Shown: one piece after another, positions 1 through 12,326 of the stretch
How the letters are laid out: every line of letters starts with the position of its first letter
Numbering within the stretch: position 1 is the stretch's first letter
Assembly: GCA_030295235.1 (NCBI GenBank)
Contig: AP026127.1
Coordinates: 1,364,001-1,428,000, forward strand
From: Fistulifera solaris
Taxonomy: Eukaryota
Direction: 5' to 3'
Length of the DNA: 64,000 bases
Notes under the pieces: model-generated
The model's database searches: none
The model's input: the letters and a program-made list of their open reading frames with translations, nothing else
Told to the model about the DNA's origin: nothing
Position numbers and translations under genes: made by a program

Positions 1-5
1 CAGAC

Positions 6-1067
6 TTGATCTTGTCGCCAACTCAGCTAGAGAGTATGTTTTCTGCTCATAAATCACGCTTGTACAAGATTAGTCATTACAATCTCTCCCTTGAGCAATC
101 CGTTGTGCTAGCGGCAAAGACGGACCTGGCAGGGATAGAGAGGTGCACCATCAGTGACAACGGCCATGCAGTGGTAAACTATCTTGAATTTCACAATGGA
201 ATGCGCACTTTAGGGACGCTTGGAGAACACTTTCATGGCAAAGTGCGGGAGACCATTGTCGCGTTTTTGGAACGCTCAACTTACCCCGTTTTCGAAGAAC
301 TTTGCTTCGATTGCTTCTATATCAGTGACCGTGCTATGCTTCAGCGCCCTGCTACGTACCAGTCAAATGTATGTTCGTTCTCGGTGAAAGTTGGTCCAGA
401 TGAGGTGATCCCAGATGAGCTTTTGGAAGCTCTTCGACATGGCTTATTCGCGCCTTCAAAGCTGAAAATGCTCTTCTCGTGCCCTCCCAATCAACAAGCG
501 ACTGCAGTAGAGAATCTGTGCGATGCTGTTGGCTCTACCGATTGTCAATTGCATGAGCTTTCTGTACACTTGAAAGGAGGGCCACTATCGTCCACCGGAC
601 TTGAGGGACACTTCATTGACATGCTGCGTGGCAATGCAAGTTTACAAACATTGAGCATCCTTGACGAGAACGGCGACGTTTTGCCATTCCCAGCAACGAA
701 GCTTTTGAACGTCGCTACACAGCATCCACGCCTTCGAAAGCTGGCTTTCGTTCCGCCTTGCGTAGATCCACCCACAATTGGTCAGGCCGGCCAATTCCAC
801 CTGTGGTATCGGGCCAATCTGTCCCACAAAATTGTTTTCAAAGACGTAGCGTTACCTGGATCAGATTTGTCGGAGAATACAAATGCGGTGACGTATGCAG
901 CAAAATGGCAGGACTCCGCTTTCTTTTGTCGATTTGGGCTTTTGCAACAAGTTAGCAATGAATGGATCCGCTCCCATTTGCTTGTCGCGGCTTTGGCCAA
1001 CCATTTAAGCTCTCCCAAACGCATTCACTTTCTCTTGTCGGAGAACCAAGACTTATTTGCAAAGTAG
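6..1067 (+). CDS. Diatom lineage-expanded hypothetical protein (degenerate LRR/RNI-like); 5' part probably upstream of the window
   Basis: 353-aa ORF open from the window edge; motifs 'LSLEQSVVLA..CTISDNGHAVV..LGTL', 'MLRGNASLQTLSI' and C-terminal 'IHFLLSENQDL' resemble an expanded diatom family; related degraded copy at about 60.6-61.6 kb. Confidence 0.6.
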   Translation: MILSPTQLESMFSAHKSRLYKISHYNLSLEQSVVLAAKTDLAGIERCTISDNGHAVVNYLEFHNGMRTLGTLGEHFHGKVRETIVAFLERSTYPVFEELCFDCFYISDRAMLQRPATYQSNVCSFSVKVGPDEVIPDELLEALRHGLFAPSKLKMLFSCPPNQQATAVENLCDAVGSTDCQLHELSVHLKGGPLSSTGLEGHFIDMLRGNASLQTLSILDENGDVLPFPATKLLNVATQHPRLRKLAFVPPCVDPPTIGQAGQFHLWYRANLSHKIVFKDVALPGSDLSENTNAVTYAAKWQDSAFFCRFGLLQQVSNEWIRSHLLVAALANHLSSPKRIHFLLSENQDLFAK

Positions 1068-1547
1068 ATGCTGGCTTAATATGGTTCGACGGTATTTCAT
1101 ATTTCAAAATTTTGTGGCTGCTCACAGCTTCAGTTTCATACAGAGCAAACATAACTAGGAGTAACAACTATAGTTTTACTTAGATTATATGGCTAGGTCT
1201 GACGTTAGTAATTGACCTTTTCCCCCAGTTTCCATTCGCCTCCCTCTCACTACTGGAGCATCGTGTCCATGATATTATCACTAATTGTCCCACAAACAAG
1301 CGTATATTGCGTCACTCAACCCCGTTGCGTCGCTCGGGGACCCAAATTGTTAGTTTTCTCTGACTTTTAGTCACGTTGACACCCGTATAACAGCTTTTAG
1401 ATTCCCATTCAATGTAAATCAGCAAGAATAGTCAGGCAATCTTTTGCACCGAGCATCAAGCTCATCCCGGAATAGTTTTCGTTGTTTCGAAGCATCAGCT
1501 GATGAATCTTTGATGCTATATTGGCGTTACGATAAATTGACAACTTT

Positions 1548-2426
1548 CTAGACGAAGAAAATCGGAGCCAGCAGCCAACCTCCCAGAAGCGTGATTAAAG
1601 CTGTACTCACCAGGTTCACTTGTTCATTCGTCAGTAGATTCGTGCCACAAATAGGTTGAATGGCATGACCTCCGCGACTCGCATGAACGACTTTCTTCAT
1701 CTGTGTTTCATAACAAGTAATTTGAGCAACCGCTCCTAAGAAAGAATCGAGTAACGATCCGAGAAGTCCACATATGGAGGCAAAGGATACTGTAGCAATA
1801 GAATGCACCGGTAGCGTTCCTCCCACCCAGTCGGTGATAACGTACAACACGCCGATCAGGAATCCTCCCACGAGACTCCAAAGCAGCCCGGTAACAGTGA
1901 TTCCGCCATTGGTTCCTGGTGGAACTCGCTTCCATGGTCGAGTAATCAGAAATGGTGATTTCTTTGCCAATATCCCCATTTCGCTGGCTAATGTATCCGC
2001 CAAACTAGTCGAATGGTGCGCAATTATCCCACAAGTCAAATGACTCGCCAGCGATTGATTCTTAGATAATGAAAAGTCGATTGAAAGCTCCGGTCCACAG
2101 TAGATGGCGTGTATCAGTGATAACGAGAGTGCAATGATGCTTACACACAAAACTTGTGTTGCTCCTCGTTCGGCTCCTTCTTCAACTGTTCCGTCTAATT
2201 TCATCTTTTGTTGCAACTTATATTTCGTAGCCCACGTTCCCAGTTGATAGAAATAAAAGAGTATCAATCCTCTCATGCCGGTAGAAACAATAGAAAGACC
2301 GACAACAAATCCAACTGCAGCCCCAGATTTCGATAAGGTACGTTTTTGTCTCGATCTCCACGACAAAAGAACCGCGACGGTGAGTCCGGTTGAAACAGCG
2401 GTAAATCCGAACGGGTTTACTGCCAT
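1548..2426 (-). CDS. TMEM19/DUF92 family integral membrane protein
   Basis: 292 aa, multiple TM helices, motifs 'ADTLASEMG', 'VPPGTNGGIT..G', 'GLLGSLLDSFLGA..Q', 'LLTNEQVNL'. Confidence 0.9.
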   Translation of the reverse strand: MAVNPFGFTAVSTGLTVAVLLSWRSRQKRTLSKSGAAVGFVVGLSIVSTGMRGLILFYFYQLGTWATKYKLQQKMKLDGTVEEGAERGATQVLCVSIIALSLSLIHAIYCGPELSIDFSLSKNQSLASHLTCGIIAHHSTSLADTLASEMGILAKKSPFLITRPWKRVPPGTNGGITVTGLLWSLVGGFLIGVLYVITDWVGGTLPVHSIATVSFASICGLLGSLLDSFLGAVAQITCYETQMKKVVHASRGGHAIQPICGTNLLTNEQVNLVSTALITLLGGWLLAPIFFV

Positions 2427-3058
2427 TGCTAATGTTTCTGCGAGTTATAATACACCGAGACAGCACTGATATCTTCCGCCTTTATTGCGTTTCTGCATTT
2501 TGCATGTCAATGCCGAGGTTTGTCCCTTGACCGGATGAGTAACTGTACGTGCAAACGGCGAAATACGAAGAACGGGGACCGAAGACTTCTCTCTCTCCAA
2601 CAAAGTAGGCTTTCCGCTTTCCCTAAGGTCAGTACTAAAACTGGCTGTCAAATGACTCGAAAAATGCTTAGACCTTAGACATCACAAAGTGCACATAAAT
2701 ACGCATAGTCGATGAAGCGAATAACCGCACTATAGAATGAAGAATGAAGAAGAGAATAAAAGCCTATAGGACCTTTACTTATTTGATAGAAAAAGTGGCT
2801 ATTTTTCTCACAGGGAGTAAAAGTAAAGAAGGTTCCAGGGAGGCGGGCGGTCGAGCAACAATAAACGTTGATACGCAGCGCTGCGTGTTGCGTCGCAAAG
2901 TTGCAAATAAAAAAATAAAAAATAAATTATCGCAAATCATCGAGCCAAAGGAAACTCCTTAGAGACCTATCAAAGATAAGAACGACGAAAAGAAGATTAC
3001 AAGTAAGTCAAGAGATTTAAAAGTAGCCCAAAGCGATCTTTCAGTCTACGCATAAAGA

Positions 3059-3736
3059 ATGGAGCGAATAAAAAGAATACGACCGAAAAGAGAAACGACA
3101 GCCGACAGTTTCGAGTCGCTGGCCGATGCCTTGAACGATCTGGATATGGAGGACTTCGAATTTTCCGATAATTCAGAGACTTCTGCTGATATTCTGGAAG
3201 CCATTACTCTTGCAAATGAAAGAATCGGAGGACGCGTTCGGTTTGGGTCGGTTCGTGTGCAAACTCACAAAGTCGTTCTTGGAGATGTAAGTACTTGATT
3301 GAGTAGTGTCATCCTTTGAATCGGTCACATCACGTTTTTGAAACTCACTTCTCTGACGGCTCATTCTATTGCTCACGAACAGAATCCTTCTTGTACAAAA
3401 GGGGCGCCCATGACCCTCGCGTGGAATCCTGTATTATCCGATCGATTTTCTTCTGTAGAAGAATTTGAGGATCTACGTGGTGCGCCGGCAACACCGCGAA
3501 GAGTGTCAGCAAAAACAAGGGAGGGATGGCTGAGAACTAACGGTCATTCGAGAGCGAGTCTGATCCGCGCTACAAATGAAATCATCGAAATCAAACATCA
3601 GCGAAGAGAGACGGCGGGGCAACGACGACCTTCCAACTTTGAACGAGCGTCGGCGACCCCACCACGGCGACCGCAACGTACGGGTAGCCTGGATGAACCG
3701 CCTTTGGAGCAACCAACAGTCCAGCGAGTCGAATAG
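3059..3736 (+). CDS. Diatom 'VRFG..LGDNPSC..GAP..L.W' family protein; intron 3287-3382
   Basis: GTAAGT donor at 3287 and CAG acceptor at 3382; splicing gives VVLGD|NPSCTKGAPMTLAW; paralog at 5646 has the same intron position. Confidence 0.8.
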
Positions 3737-3946
3737 CAGCGTATCAAGGCAATAGAAGCAAACATAGACACTATGAACAAATTAATAGAAAAGTGACCAG
3801 TCAGCTTCTGGCGAACAGGCAGAAGGGGCGTCGCACGCTACCGATATAATAGTTGAAACACTCTGCAATGTAATAATGCAACAGATATGCAGTAGTGATT
3901 ACCTTAACGTCCATATTAGGCATGTTGTATTCTCTTCGATATCCTT

Positions 3947-4649
3947 TTACGTGTGAAAGCGACGCGAAGCATCCTCAACCGCAAACCGATCAACCCAAAC
4001 TTTATTGTACTCATTGTTGTCATCAGGACCAAAATCTTCATCGTCCCAATCAAATTCATCTTCGCCGTAATCGTCGTCATCGTCATCGTCTTCCTCTTCG
4101 TCATCATCATCGACCTCATGACCCAACTCCTCCCGAACATGATTTTTGGCGCGGAGGTTGGCTTCTTTCAAGGAAAAGAATACTCCCAACACTTCCTGAT
4201 CATACTTGTCTCGAACAAACTGAGAGCGGTAGTAATCACTTCCGCTATTGAGTTCCGACTTGCACGCAAAGGCGACATAAACAGAGGCATGCTCCATCTG
4301 ATCGGCGAGTCGTTCGCGACGGGCGACACGCTCCAAATGCTGAGCACTTGGAGGAGGAATAGGAATATCGCGCGATTGGCGGATCCGATAAAGCACTTTG
4401 TGAATGTGCTTGCATTTGCTCAGAATGGGACACGTGCAGGACGAGTTTCCCTGAGGGTTGAGACGCACGGTGGATTTCATAGTTGCGCTGATTGGTAGTA
4501 GAAGCAGGGATTTTGGCTTCAACATGAGCAATCATTCTTCCTGAATGGTCTTCTTCGTACTGTAAATGAATACTGGAAATATCCTGACAACCACGGAAGT
4601 CGGTAGAACCAAGATAGGCGTCAATGACTTGTTTGCGCAAGGGAATCAT
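3947..4649 (-). CDS. SWIM zinc-finger protein with acidic tract; one frameshift near 4472
   Basis: CTCPILSKCKHI (CxC..CxH SWIM motif) and a poly-D/E tract; ORFs 4245-4649 and 3947-4531 join if one base is removed at GAAATC-C-ACCGTG. Confidence 0.7.
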
Positions 4650-5645
4650 GGCGTTCTTCGCGCGTCGTTTTTCTTTTGTGATGATTGCTCTGTGTCAGCC
4701 GCTTTCGGCCTGAATTAAATTTATGAGACCAGCATAGCCATTTTTCATCCGACCCGATTCAACGATCAGTTGATTTGAGCTGGTAGCTGTCCATTTCTTT
4801 GATTGTCTTCGACACGATGGGGAGCGGTTTTCACGACGTGTTGAAACTTAAATGGAACGAGGAATGGAAGTCGGAAGTCGTCAAAGAAAGCCTTTAGCCT
4901 TCTTCAGACGCAATGAGTAACAAGCAACCAGACAAAAGACAATAAGACAATAGGCAATAATAGTTACACGTTTCACACGGCACACAGCTGCATCGTCGCG
5001 GATCTCGGCGAATGATGATGAGGAGGCACGAGCACGAGCACGGAGCACGAGGCACGAGCCACGAGCATCTTTCATCTTTCATCTGACACCAAAAATCGAA
5101 ACACCAAAACGTAAAACGCAAAACAGTCGAAAGCGAATATGAATAAACCCTGTGTAGTGTATAGTGATCTAAGCTACTCAATAACCTATACAATTTTATT
5201 TGTCAAAAGACCGCTGATCGTAGAAAAAGGAAGGGCTATTCATTCTGATTTTAGTAAACAGTAGAAAGTACAGTAGGACGAGAAAACAATGATTTATGAT
5301 TTATGATTTTCGATTTTCTGACACTTTACTCTGTCTCAAAGTTCCACATTACATATGAGTGTCTTGATAGTATCTATTGTAAAGTAGTCACTTATATTCG
5401 ATATTCGCCGCTTGACGCGACACGCGACACGCGACTTCCCATTTCGCATTCTTTTGTACTTTGTTCGATACACTACGCTCTGTGCTGTGTCTTTAGGTCT
5501 TCCGAGAAAAATGAGAAGTGAGAAGAGACGATGAAAGGAAAAAGGCGAAACAAACTTTTCGTGAAGCTATCTTCATTCATTCTTACCTTTCTATTATTAC
5601 CTTGATATCACGTGTTCGACTGCAATACATGACAAACAAGAAGAA

Positions 5646-6266
5646 ATGGAAGCCACGGATATAGAATATGCGAGCTTTGCCAGTTTTTCACTCAGTGATT
5701 TCTCGGATTGGTCAGAGAGCTCAGACTTTGACCCGAATGAGTCGGCCGAAAGTCTATCCGTTGATTATGAAGAAGAACTGATCTCACGTAGAGTCGTTCG
5801 ATTTGGCTCTGTTCATGTCAGAACACACAAGGTAACCCTTGGAGATGTAAGTATCCTTGTAAAGTTGGCTCAAGAGGTTCATGATGATAAGCTAACGGTA
5901 ATATCTATTACGCCACAGAATCCATCCTGCTCTCAAGGAGCTCCATTATCGCTAGCCTGGACTCCGATAAAGTCGGATCGTTTTGGCTCATTGGAAGAGT
6001 TTGAACGCGTGTTTGGCTCACCGAAACAAGTACAGCGAATCTCCGTTAAACTAAGAGAGGAATGGCTCCAAAAGAATGGGCATTCCTTACAAAGCATAAA
6101 TGTAGTTGCAAATGAAATTGCGACAGCAAAAAAAGAATCAGCAAGATGTAGCAAAAAGCGACGGATCACTGGGCAAATGATTGTGCCGCGAATAGCAAGT
6201 TTAAAAACGACACGCTACATTTGTCGCCTCATTTGCCGAAACGCCAGAAGACACCTCCTGCCATAA
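5646..6266 (+). CDS. Paralog of the 3059 gene (LGDNPSC family); in-frame intron 5847-5918
   Basis: GTAAGT at 5847 and CAG at 5918; spliced VTLGD|NPSCSQGAPLSLAW; shares 'SDRF.S.EEFE' and 'REEWL..NGHS' with the 3059 gene. Confidence 0.8.
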   Translation: MEATDIEYASFASFSLSDFSDWSESSDFDPNESAESLSVDYEEELISRRVVRFGSVHVRTHKVTLGDVSILVKLAQEVHDDKLTVISITPQNPSCSQGAPLSLAWTPIKSDRFGSLEEFERVFGSPKQVQRISVKLREEWLQKNGHSLQSINVVANEIATAKKESARCSKKRRITGQMIVPRIASLKTTRYICRLICRNARRHLLP

Positions 6267-6804
6267 AACCGAAGTTGCGTATGCAGTTGCAATGCTCGGA
6301 GCAGCAAATTACATCTAAGATTTTCCCTCAATATTAGTATTATAATTCGCCTCTTTGCGACTATCAAACAATGCGGATATAGCTCGTTCATTCGCGAGGC
6401 CAAGTGTACCTATCGCGAGAAGACAGCTCTCCGGACCTGTGCAGCTGCAACTCACAGTGTAACCACATCAAGCATAATTGCAGCTGCTTTTCCACAGTCG
6501 TGTCAAGAACGTTAACAAGTCAAAGACGGATTTCTCACTGCCTGCTCGGCTGCAGCTTAGGAAAAATTTTATGTCACAAGCAGTTCTTGAGATATCTAGT
6601 GGAAATCGGAAATTGCTCATTGCGCGGGGCCGTGAATGCTCGAACATTTTTCGTCAACGCGTTTCATAGTTCCGCTGTTTTGGAGTAAAGCAATCTTTTT
6701 CCTGCAACTGGCAAGGCTTTATCCAACGTCAAATACATTATCAAACAATTGATTCCTACGGAACTCAAATGCTTCGATGCGTGTATGTACGAATTATCAC
6801 GCAA

Positions 6805-7935
6805 TCATCTTCTTGCCTGTGAATCGAATACTTCCCAGAACCTGTCATCCCTGTTTCCGTAGTATCCTTCTAAAGCTCTATCTAAAAGCATACTTGTTCG
6901 TAATGCATTTTCGCCTTTGGAAGAAAGGCGGACCTCCGAGTTCCCCGTAGGTCGTCTGTAACGGCTTGGATCATGGCTTGTGCGGTATGTTCAGGAACTT
7001 CAAAATTGTCGACGACACGATTGACCTTGTCAGCTTTGTCCAATACATAGACGGGTGCTACAGCACTCATGGCAATCATACGTAAACTTCCAGAAGAACC
7101 TCGAATAATCAATTCATCTAGATTCTGCACCGACGCAAAATCCCACTCGCAACTGACGTAGGCGTTTCTCGACGGAAGCAGTGGTGTCCAATTCGCCTGT
7201 TGTAGCACTCCCTCGAACCGAACGTAGTCTTCGACTCCAGTTCCCGGCTCCATTCGTTTCGCTTCTGCCCTCAAAAATTTAATAGGACCACACAAATAGT
7301 CAATTCGATCTAAGACGTGGCAACCAACGTCCATAATCAATCCACCACCAGACTGGGCTGGGTCCAGTCGCCAGGGCATGGGGCCATCCATGTCTCGCGC
7401 GCCTCCTTTTCCATGTAATACATACGAAACAGAGGTGATCCTGTCACCAATTGCCCCTTCTTTCAGTAATTGCCGTACAGCCTCGGTGCGTGGATATGCT
7501 CGACTGATGTACGCCGTGTATAGCTTATCTGCACCGACAGCTTTCAAGATGCTGGCCGTTTCGACCGCACAACGACCGACTGGCTTCTCCACGTATACTT
7601 TTTTTACCGGCTGCAGCTACTGCTTTGCAAATCTCCAGGTGCGTCCCGGGCCTGGTTGCTACATAGACCGCATCGAGGCCAGGGTGTTGCAAAAAGGCCT
7701 CCAAATTTTCGTAACCGACACAACGGCCTCCGGGCACTTGTTTCGCAAATTCTTGCGCTTTTCCTGGTGTCCTTCTCATGACAGCAACTAATTCACTGCC
7801 TTCACATTTCCAAAAAGGCGGCCCGCTCTTTTGTCGTGTAACATCTCCGAGTCCGATGATACCCCAGCGAATGAAAGGAGGACGAGCAGGAAGATTCTGT
7901 TCTGCCGTTGTCGTTGTTGGCGTGAGAAATGCCAT
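6805..7935 (-). CDS. Gfo/Idh/MocA family NAD(P)-dependent oxidoreductase; frameshifts at about 7600 and 6925
   Basis: 'IRWGIIGLGDV', 'LDAVYVAT..GTH', 'VYVEKP', 'SGGGLIMDVGCHVLD'; an A7 run breaks GKKVYVEKP; start could extend to 8043. Confidence 0.88.
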
Positions 7936-9549
7936 CGACAAAGCAACCACGCTATCCCTTCTCGTTAAAAGAACAAGGCAAGTTGGGAAATGATCACGAA
8001 GGAGCATAAAAAAGGAAAGAATGCTTAAGTAGCTCAACATCAAACATCATATAGTCAAAATAAAAAATACGGCGACGATAAGACGACGGTCATCACTCAA
8101 GACTGAATTGCAGTCACGAAGCGAGCTTTGAAACAAAGCTTTCTGCTTGTCTTCGTGATTCTTCCAACCTTGACAAACATATTTTGACCATTGTTATTCT
8201 TACAGGCTATTTTATAGAATTTTGTGTCTGGAATCGGCATCTAGTTCTTGATTTTCGAGTAATCTGCTTCATCGTTTAAACTAGAGTTTTACTATACACC
8301 CTAAATGTATTTCGAATTGTCCAAGACTGGATTTCATTCACGAGACACAAGCTATAGTCCTTATTGCTGGCTCGCTCTTCTGTTTCTTGCATCATCTATC
8401 ATCTACAAGAGAAATTATGACTTATGATATATCCTTAATGGTCACCCTGTTCTCCCACGTGATTAGTGGATAATAAGTCCACCTTACAACGGCGTGGGGG
8501 TGACACCTCTTGGGATCTCTCATCGTCACACGCACAGTGATCGTTATACCGTAATTTCTTGTAGCTTCAACTATTAATTTACAAAACGATTGACCTCATT
8601 TTTCGATCAAAGGCACCTTGGTATCTTCTACAATGATACCCTGTTGTTTCTTTACTTTCGGCTTGGAACCGACGACTTATGATGGAGAATAGTATTCATA
8701 GGAACGATCGTCCACAGTAACGATTCGGTAGTTGCCTTTTGCTTTCGGGTTTGAATTCTTGAGGTTAGGCGTTGCGTTTTCGCGTATTTTCGTTCGAACC
8801 GGGGAGGGCGGATAACATTGCCTGCGATGGTCCTCGAGCCATTTGCTCGAAGGAGGTTTCGTCATTCTTTCTGTACGTGCTGCATAATTTTTACTCTGTA
8901 ACTTATGCGTCTTTTTCTCTGATTTCTCGGTTTTGATATATCCTTTTTTCCTTGTTCTTTTCGTCCCGTTTCGTAGTTGTCGATGGAAGTTACTGTATCA
9001 ATTGCGAGTTCGCAATTAGAGCTGTTTGTGAAGGACTGAACCGTACTGCCTTGACGGGTGAACATGACGAGAAACTAGATGCTAATGCTGCAACTTCCGC
9101 GTCGTAATCGTCTCCTAAATTAGTTTCATCTTCTGTAACGCTTGTGTCGTCCTTTAGGCCTTGTTTCATTTTCTCAAACTCATATTGCATTCTACTTGTA
9201 AACGTTTGATGAGCTTCGCTGGTTATTAATGAATGAAGTTGTTGACGAATGAATGAATGCGATTTTTTCGGCGGTGTGCTAAAACTGCTCCAGAATTTCT
9301 GGACCAGGTAGGGGTAAGTTAGGAGTCACCGCGTTTGTGATCGTGTCTTTTAGTCTTGTAAAAATGAACGCCTACTCCTAAAAAAATTCCCCCGCGCGCC
9401 GGCCGTTCTGCAAATTTTTGAATTTTCAATTTCTGCCGCAGGCGTATCTTGAACGCAAGGCCCTCCGTTTGCCACACGCACGCAAAACGCGTCACGTTGC
9501 ACTCCTTTCTACCGTTGCACTTAAAAACGAGCCAGCATCACCAATCACC

Positions 9550-10900
9550 ATGGCGTCCATCGAGTCTTTGCTCGAAGGATCGCAAACAGTCTTACTTCCC
9601 GGAAAAGAAAAGGATAAGATACAGAGTCCTCCGACGACATCTTTGATGAGCGAATTTCCTCGTTACAACCCAGATAAAGATAGCGACGATGAAGCCGAAG
9701 AGCCCCAGGAATTCACCTGGAGACTCGATCCTCGAGAGAGTCTGAGTGACTTTATGATTGAAGTTGTCATCAAGGGAAAGACACATGGGGAAATTTATCA
9801 CGTGCACAAGTCAGTTTTGGCCATCGGGCCGAAGCGCTCGACGTACTTCGCCAGAGCTTTCTTTTCTCCCCCTCCCCCGGAAGCGCAACAACAATCAGCT
9901 GCAAAACTAAATGAAACACGTAACGAATGGCTATCGTGTGGAGGGATTGAAGAGATCATGAAAGACGATGTCGATCCTCAGAGCTCGCTCATTCGCTTCC
10001 AATTACATCAGATGGCTGCCGATGTCTTCCCCGTTTTGCTCGATTACATGTACTCCAATCAGGGACAAATAACCATTACTACGGAAAATGCAGTTCCCCT
10101 ATATTCATTGGCCGCGCTCTTAGAAATCAAACCGCTTCGGAGAAGAGTTCGCGACTTTTGGACGCAAGATTTGAGTATGGAAAACCTTTGCAAATACTAC
10201 CAGCGTGCGCATATCTTTAAAGAAAAACGACTCATCGCACACGCTGAAGAATACTGTGCGCAACACATTTTTCAAGTACACGAGTCTGTTGTCGTCGATA
10301 TTCTGGCCACAGTCGATCCGTTCTTCTTTTTGCGGGTGGTCACTATGCCCACGATCGGAGAAGGCACCACGACGAGTTTGCGACTCTCGCTCTTGATTGC
10401 AGTTTATTGCAACATACACAAAGCAGAGCTTGATTCTTCCATGTTTTGGGCCCTTACGGACGCTTCCCATTTACCCAAACTTGAAATCAAAGCAGCAAGA
10501 ACGTTTCTTGAGCTAGAAGATAAGATTTGTGGAGTCGAATGTCGCCACCAGATGTCTCCCTTGAAAAATAGATGCATCGCAGTACTAGCCGAAAACTGGG
10601 ACACGGCTTGTTTTAAAAAAGCCCGAAGTAGAGCATGACAAGGAGGACATCAAGGGTGTATTGCTGCCGCGCTTATTTGGGGAACCTCTGGAATTATTCG
10701 CGTCCAAGGCATTCTTGAATGCTAAGAAGCGGCTGGATTGGTCGGAACGCGAGCGCAAATCGCTGCATAAAAAGAATGCATTACTTGAAAAGAAGTTAAA
10801 GGAAGTCACCGCTCAACTGGGGCACCTCGAGCTAAATAAATCCGCTATAGATTCCACGTCGGATCTAGATAATGTTCCTTCCGGTCTCCAAGGGATGTAG
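9550..10900 (+). CDS. BTB/POZ domain protein; frameshift in A-run at about 10615
   Basis: 'WRLDPRESLSDFMIEV..YHVHKSVLAIGPKRSTYFARAF', 'FPVLLDYMYS', 'ITTENAVPL'; removing one A joins it to ORF 10661-10900. Confidence 0.85.
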
Positions 10901-11179
10901 GGGCCGCTATGGATACATGAAACGTAACTGGGGAGAGTAATCAATAAGGGGGACGGGTCGATTGAGATGAGACCTGGCTAGTATCTTAAGGACTTTTTTA
11001 ATGTTTGTTATGTTTGTAGAGTCAGAACCATAGTTGTTATGTGTTTGTTTTGTATAGGTTCCCGACAAGAGGACGTGAATTCGTTCTTGAATGGTCGGCC
11101 AGAGCCGCGACAAGCAAAATGGAAGCGGATCCTTCACTGCCCATTTGTTGCAAAGCACGAGTCAACAAAAACTGACGTC

Positions 11180-11546
11180 CACCGCCCATCTCATTCGAAC
11201 GACATACACTCTTTGATCAATGAATTTTATTAAACGGGCGGAGAAGTTAAACCGTCTTTCGATGCATGTCTCGTTCATCGCACCGCCCCACTTATTCTCT
11301 TGATTTATTTAGAGCAGCGGGTTTTTAGACAATGCTTCCCTATCAACACGATTGTCGAAGGAAATGCAGAGGCCAACGCAGCTATTTTCATCCGTTCAGG
11401 ACGCCATCCTTGCTGGTATATTGCGGTGTAACAAGTCAACCTGCTACATGAAATCAGACCTTGTAGGACGAGCTCACCGACAAGTAACTCGTGTACCTTT
11501 TCAGCTCGAGTTCATCGCCGCACTTGCTTTTGGTCTGACAGTCTAA
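11180..11546 (+). pseudogene. Degraded copy of an unidentified gene family; homologous to 24430-24915
   Basis: Shared 'tctttcgatgcatgtctcgttc' (PSFDACLV), 'tccgttcaggacgccatcct' (SSVQDAIL) and 'caccgacaa...ccttttcagctcg' (HRQ..R.PFQL); internal stops. Confidence 0.6.
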
Positions 11547-11574
11547 GTATAGTGCGATTACGCAGTGACATCTC

Positions 11575-11815
11575 GTTAGCCAGCTGAGAAATTCCCTACT
11601 GGTACAAAGATTGCAAAGCAATTCAACAGTGGCTTAGAGGTCGGAGACGCGGTGGTTTGAAGTTGAACTGTTCAGCCATTTGAGCCGTTCAGAGCAAATG
11701 ACGGCACGAAAACATGGGGCTACACAGTTCGTGTTGCGACGATGGTACTCTGGGCCGCATGTCTGAAGCTAATGTAGCCGCTAGTTTGATACAAGAGAAA
11801 GAGAATGAAAATATA
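11575..11815 (+). pseudogene. Decayed Tudor-like domain, near copy of the C-terminus of the gene at 45240-46920
   Basis: Translates as EKFPTGTKIAKQFNSGLEVGDAVV*..DGTKTWGYTVR/DDGTLGRMSEANVAASLI, versus QKFATGTKVAKYFSSGFEVGDAVVC..DDGILGRMSEADVAASLI; has stops and a frameshift. Confidence 0.8.
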
Positions 11816-11821
11816 TGTAAC

Positions 11822-12295
11822 TCGAGAAACGAAGACTTTACGGACAGCCCTGTATGGACCGCCGCCGCGATTTCACGCCTCTTGTTTTTTCTGTCGACGG
11901 GCTTATGGGTAAACAAGCCGTGGCTGCCTCACGCCAACTTGCAAGAAAGCTGCAAAAGAAATGGAAGAGACCGTACTCTGAAATTTGTGGCTTCATCCGA
12001 TCTCGTCTGAGTCTCTCGTTGGTTCGATCGGTGAGCATGCTATTGCGAAATCCGAGAGATGGCGCGCCACAGCGCAATCCCCCGCACTGGGAAACCGGAG
12101 CAGGTTTGTCGCTTTACTACTAACTGTGGTACAGTGATTCAGAAATCGAAGTTTCTGAAAGAAAGAAAAAAGTGATTTGTGACAAAAGAGAAACACCAGT
12201 GGAAAATTCACTTGAATGTCAAAAATGCATCCGCATTTTAGGATAATTAGGAATTAAATATTATTTTTTAAAATATTACTGGTACAGTACAGTAC
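11822..12295 (+). mobile_element. 5'-truncated non-LTR retrotransposon, CRE-like (restriction-like endonuclease class): ORF C-terminus plus 3' UTR
   Basis: Frame 11824-12123 reads EKRRLYGQPCMDRRRDFTPLVFSVDGLMGKQA..LARKLQKKWKRPYSEICGFIRSRLSLSLVRSVSMLLRNPR, matching the conserved C-terminus of CRE-clade RT-RLE ORFs; 3' boundary uncertain. Confidence 0.75.
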
Positions 12296-12326
12296 CACTT
12301 TACCACCAAGATCGAAGGAGGACCAA

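Noticed and set aside
1300..1350. ccccg..cgggg hairpin as a Helitron 3' end
   Set aside because: Short stem, no CTRR terminus at the expected distance, and single copy in the window
5020..5070. (GCACGA)n tract and the GACACGC repeats at about 5415
   Set aside because: Simple microsatellite-like repeats with no further structure
8677..9190. Minus-strand gene divergent from the BTB gene
   Set aside because: Three short ORFs in different frames with no recognisable domain
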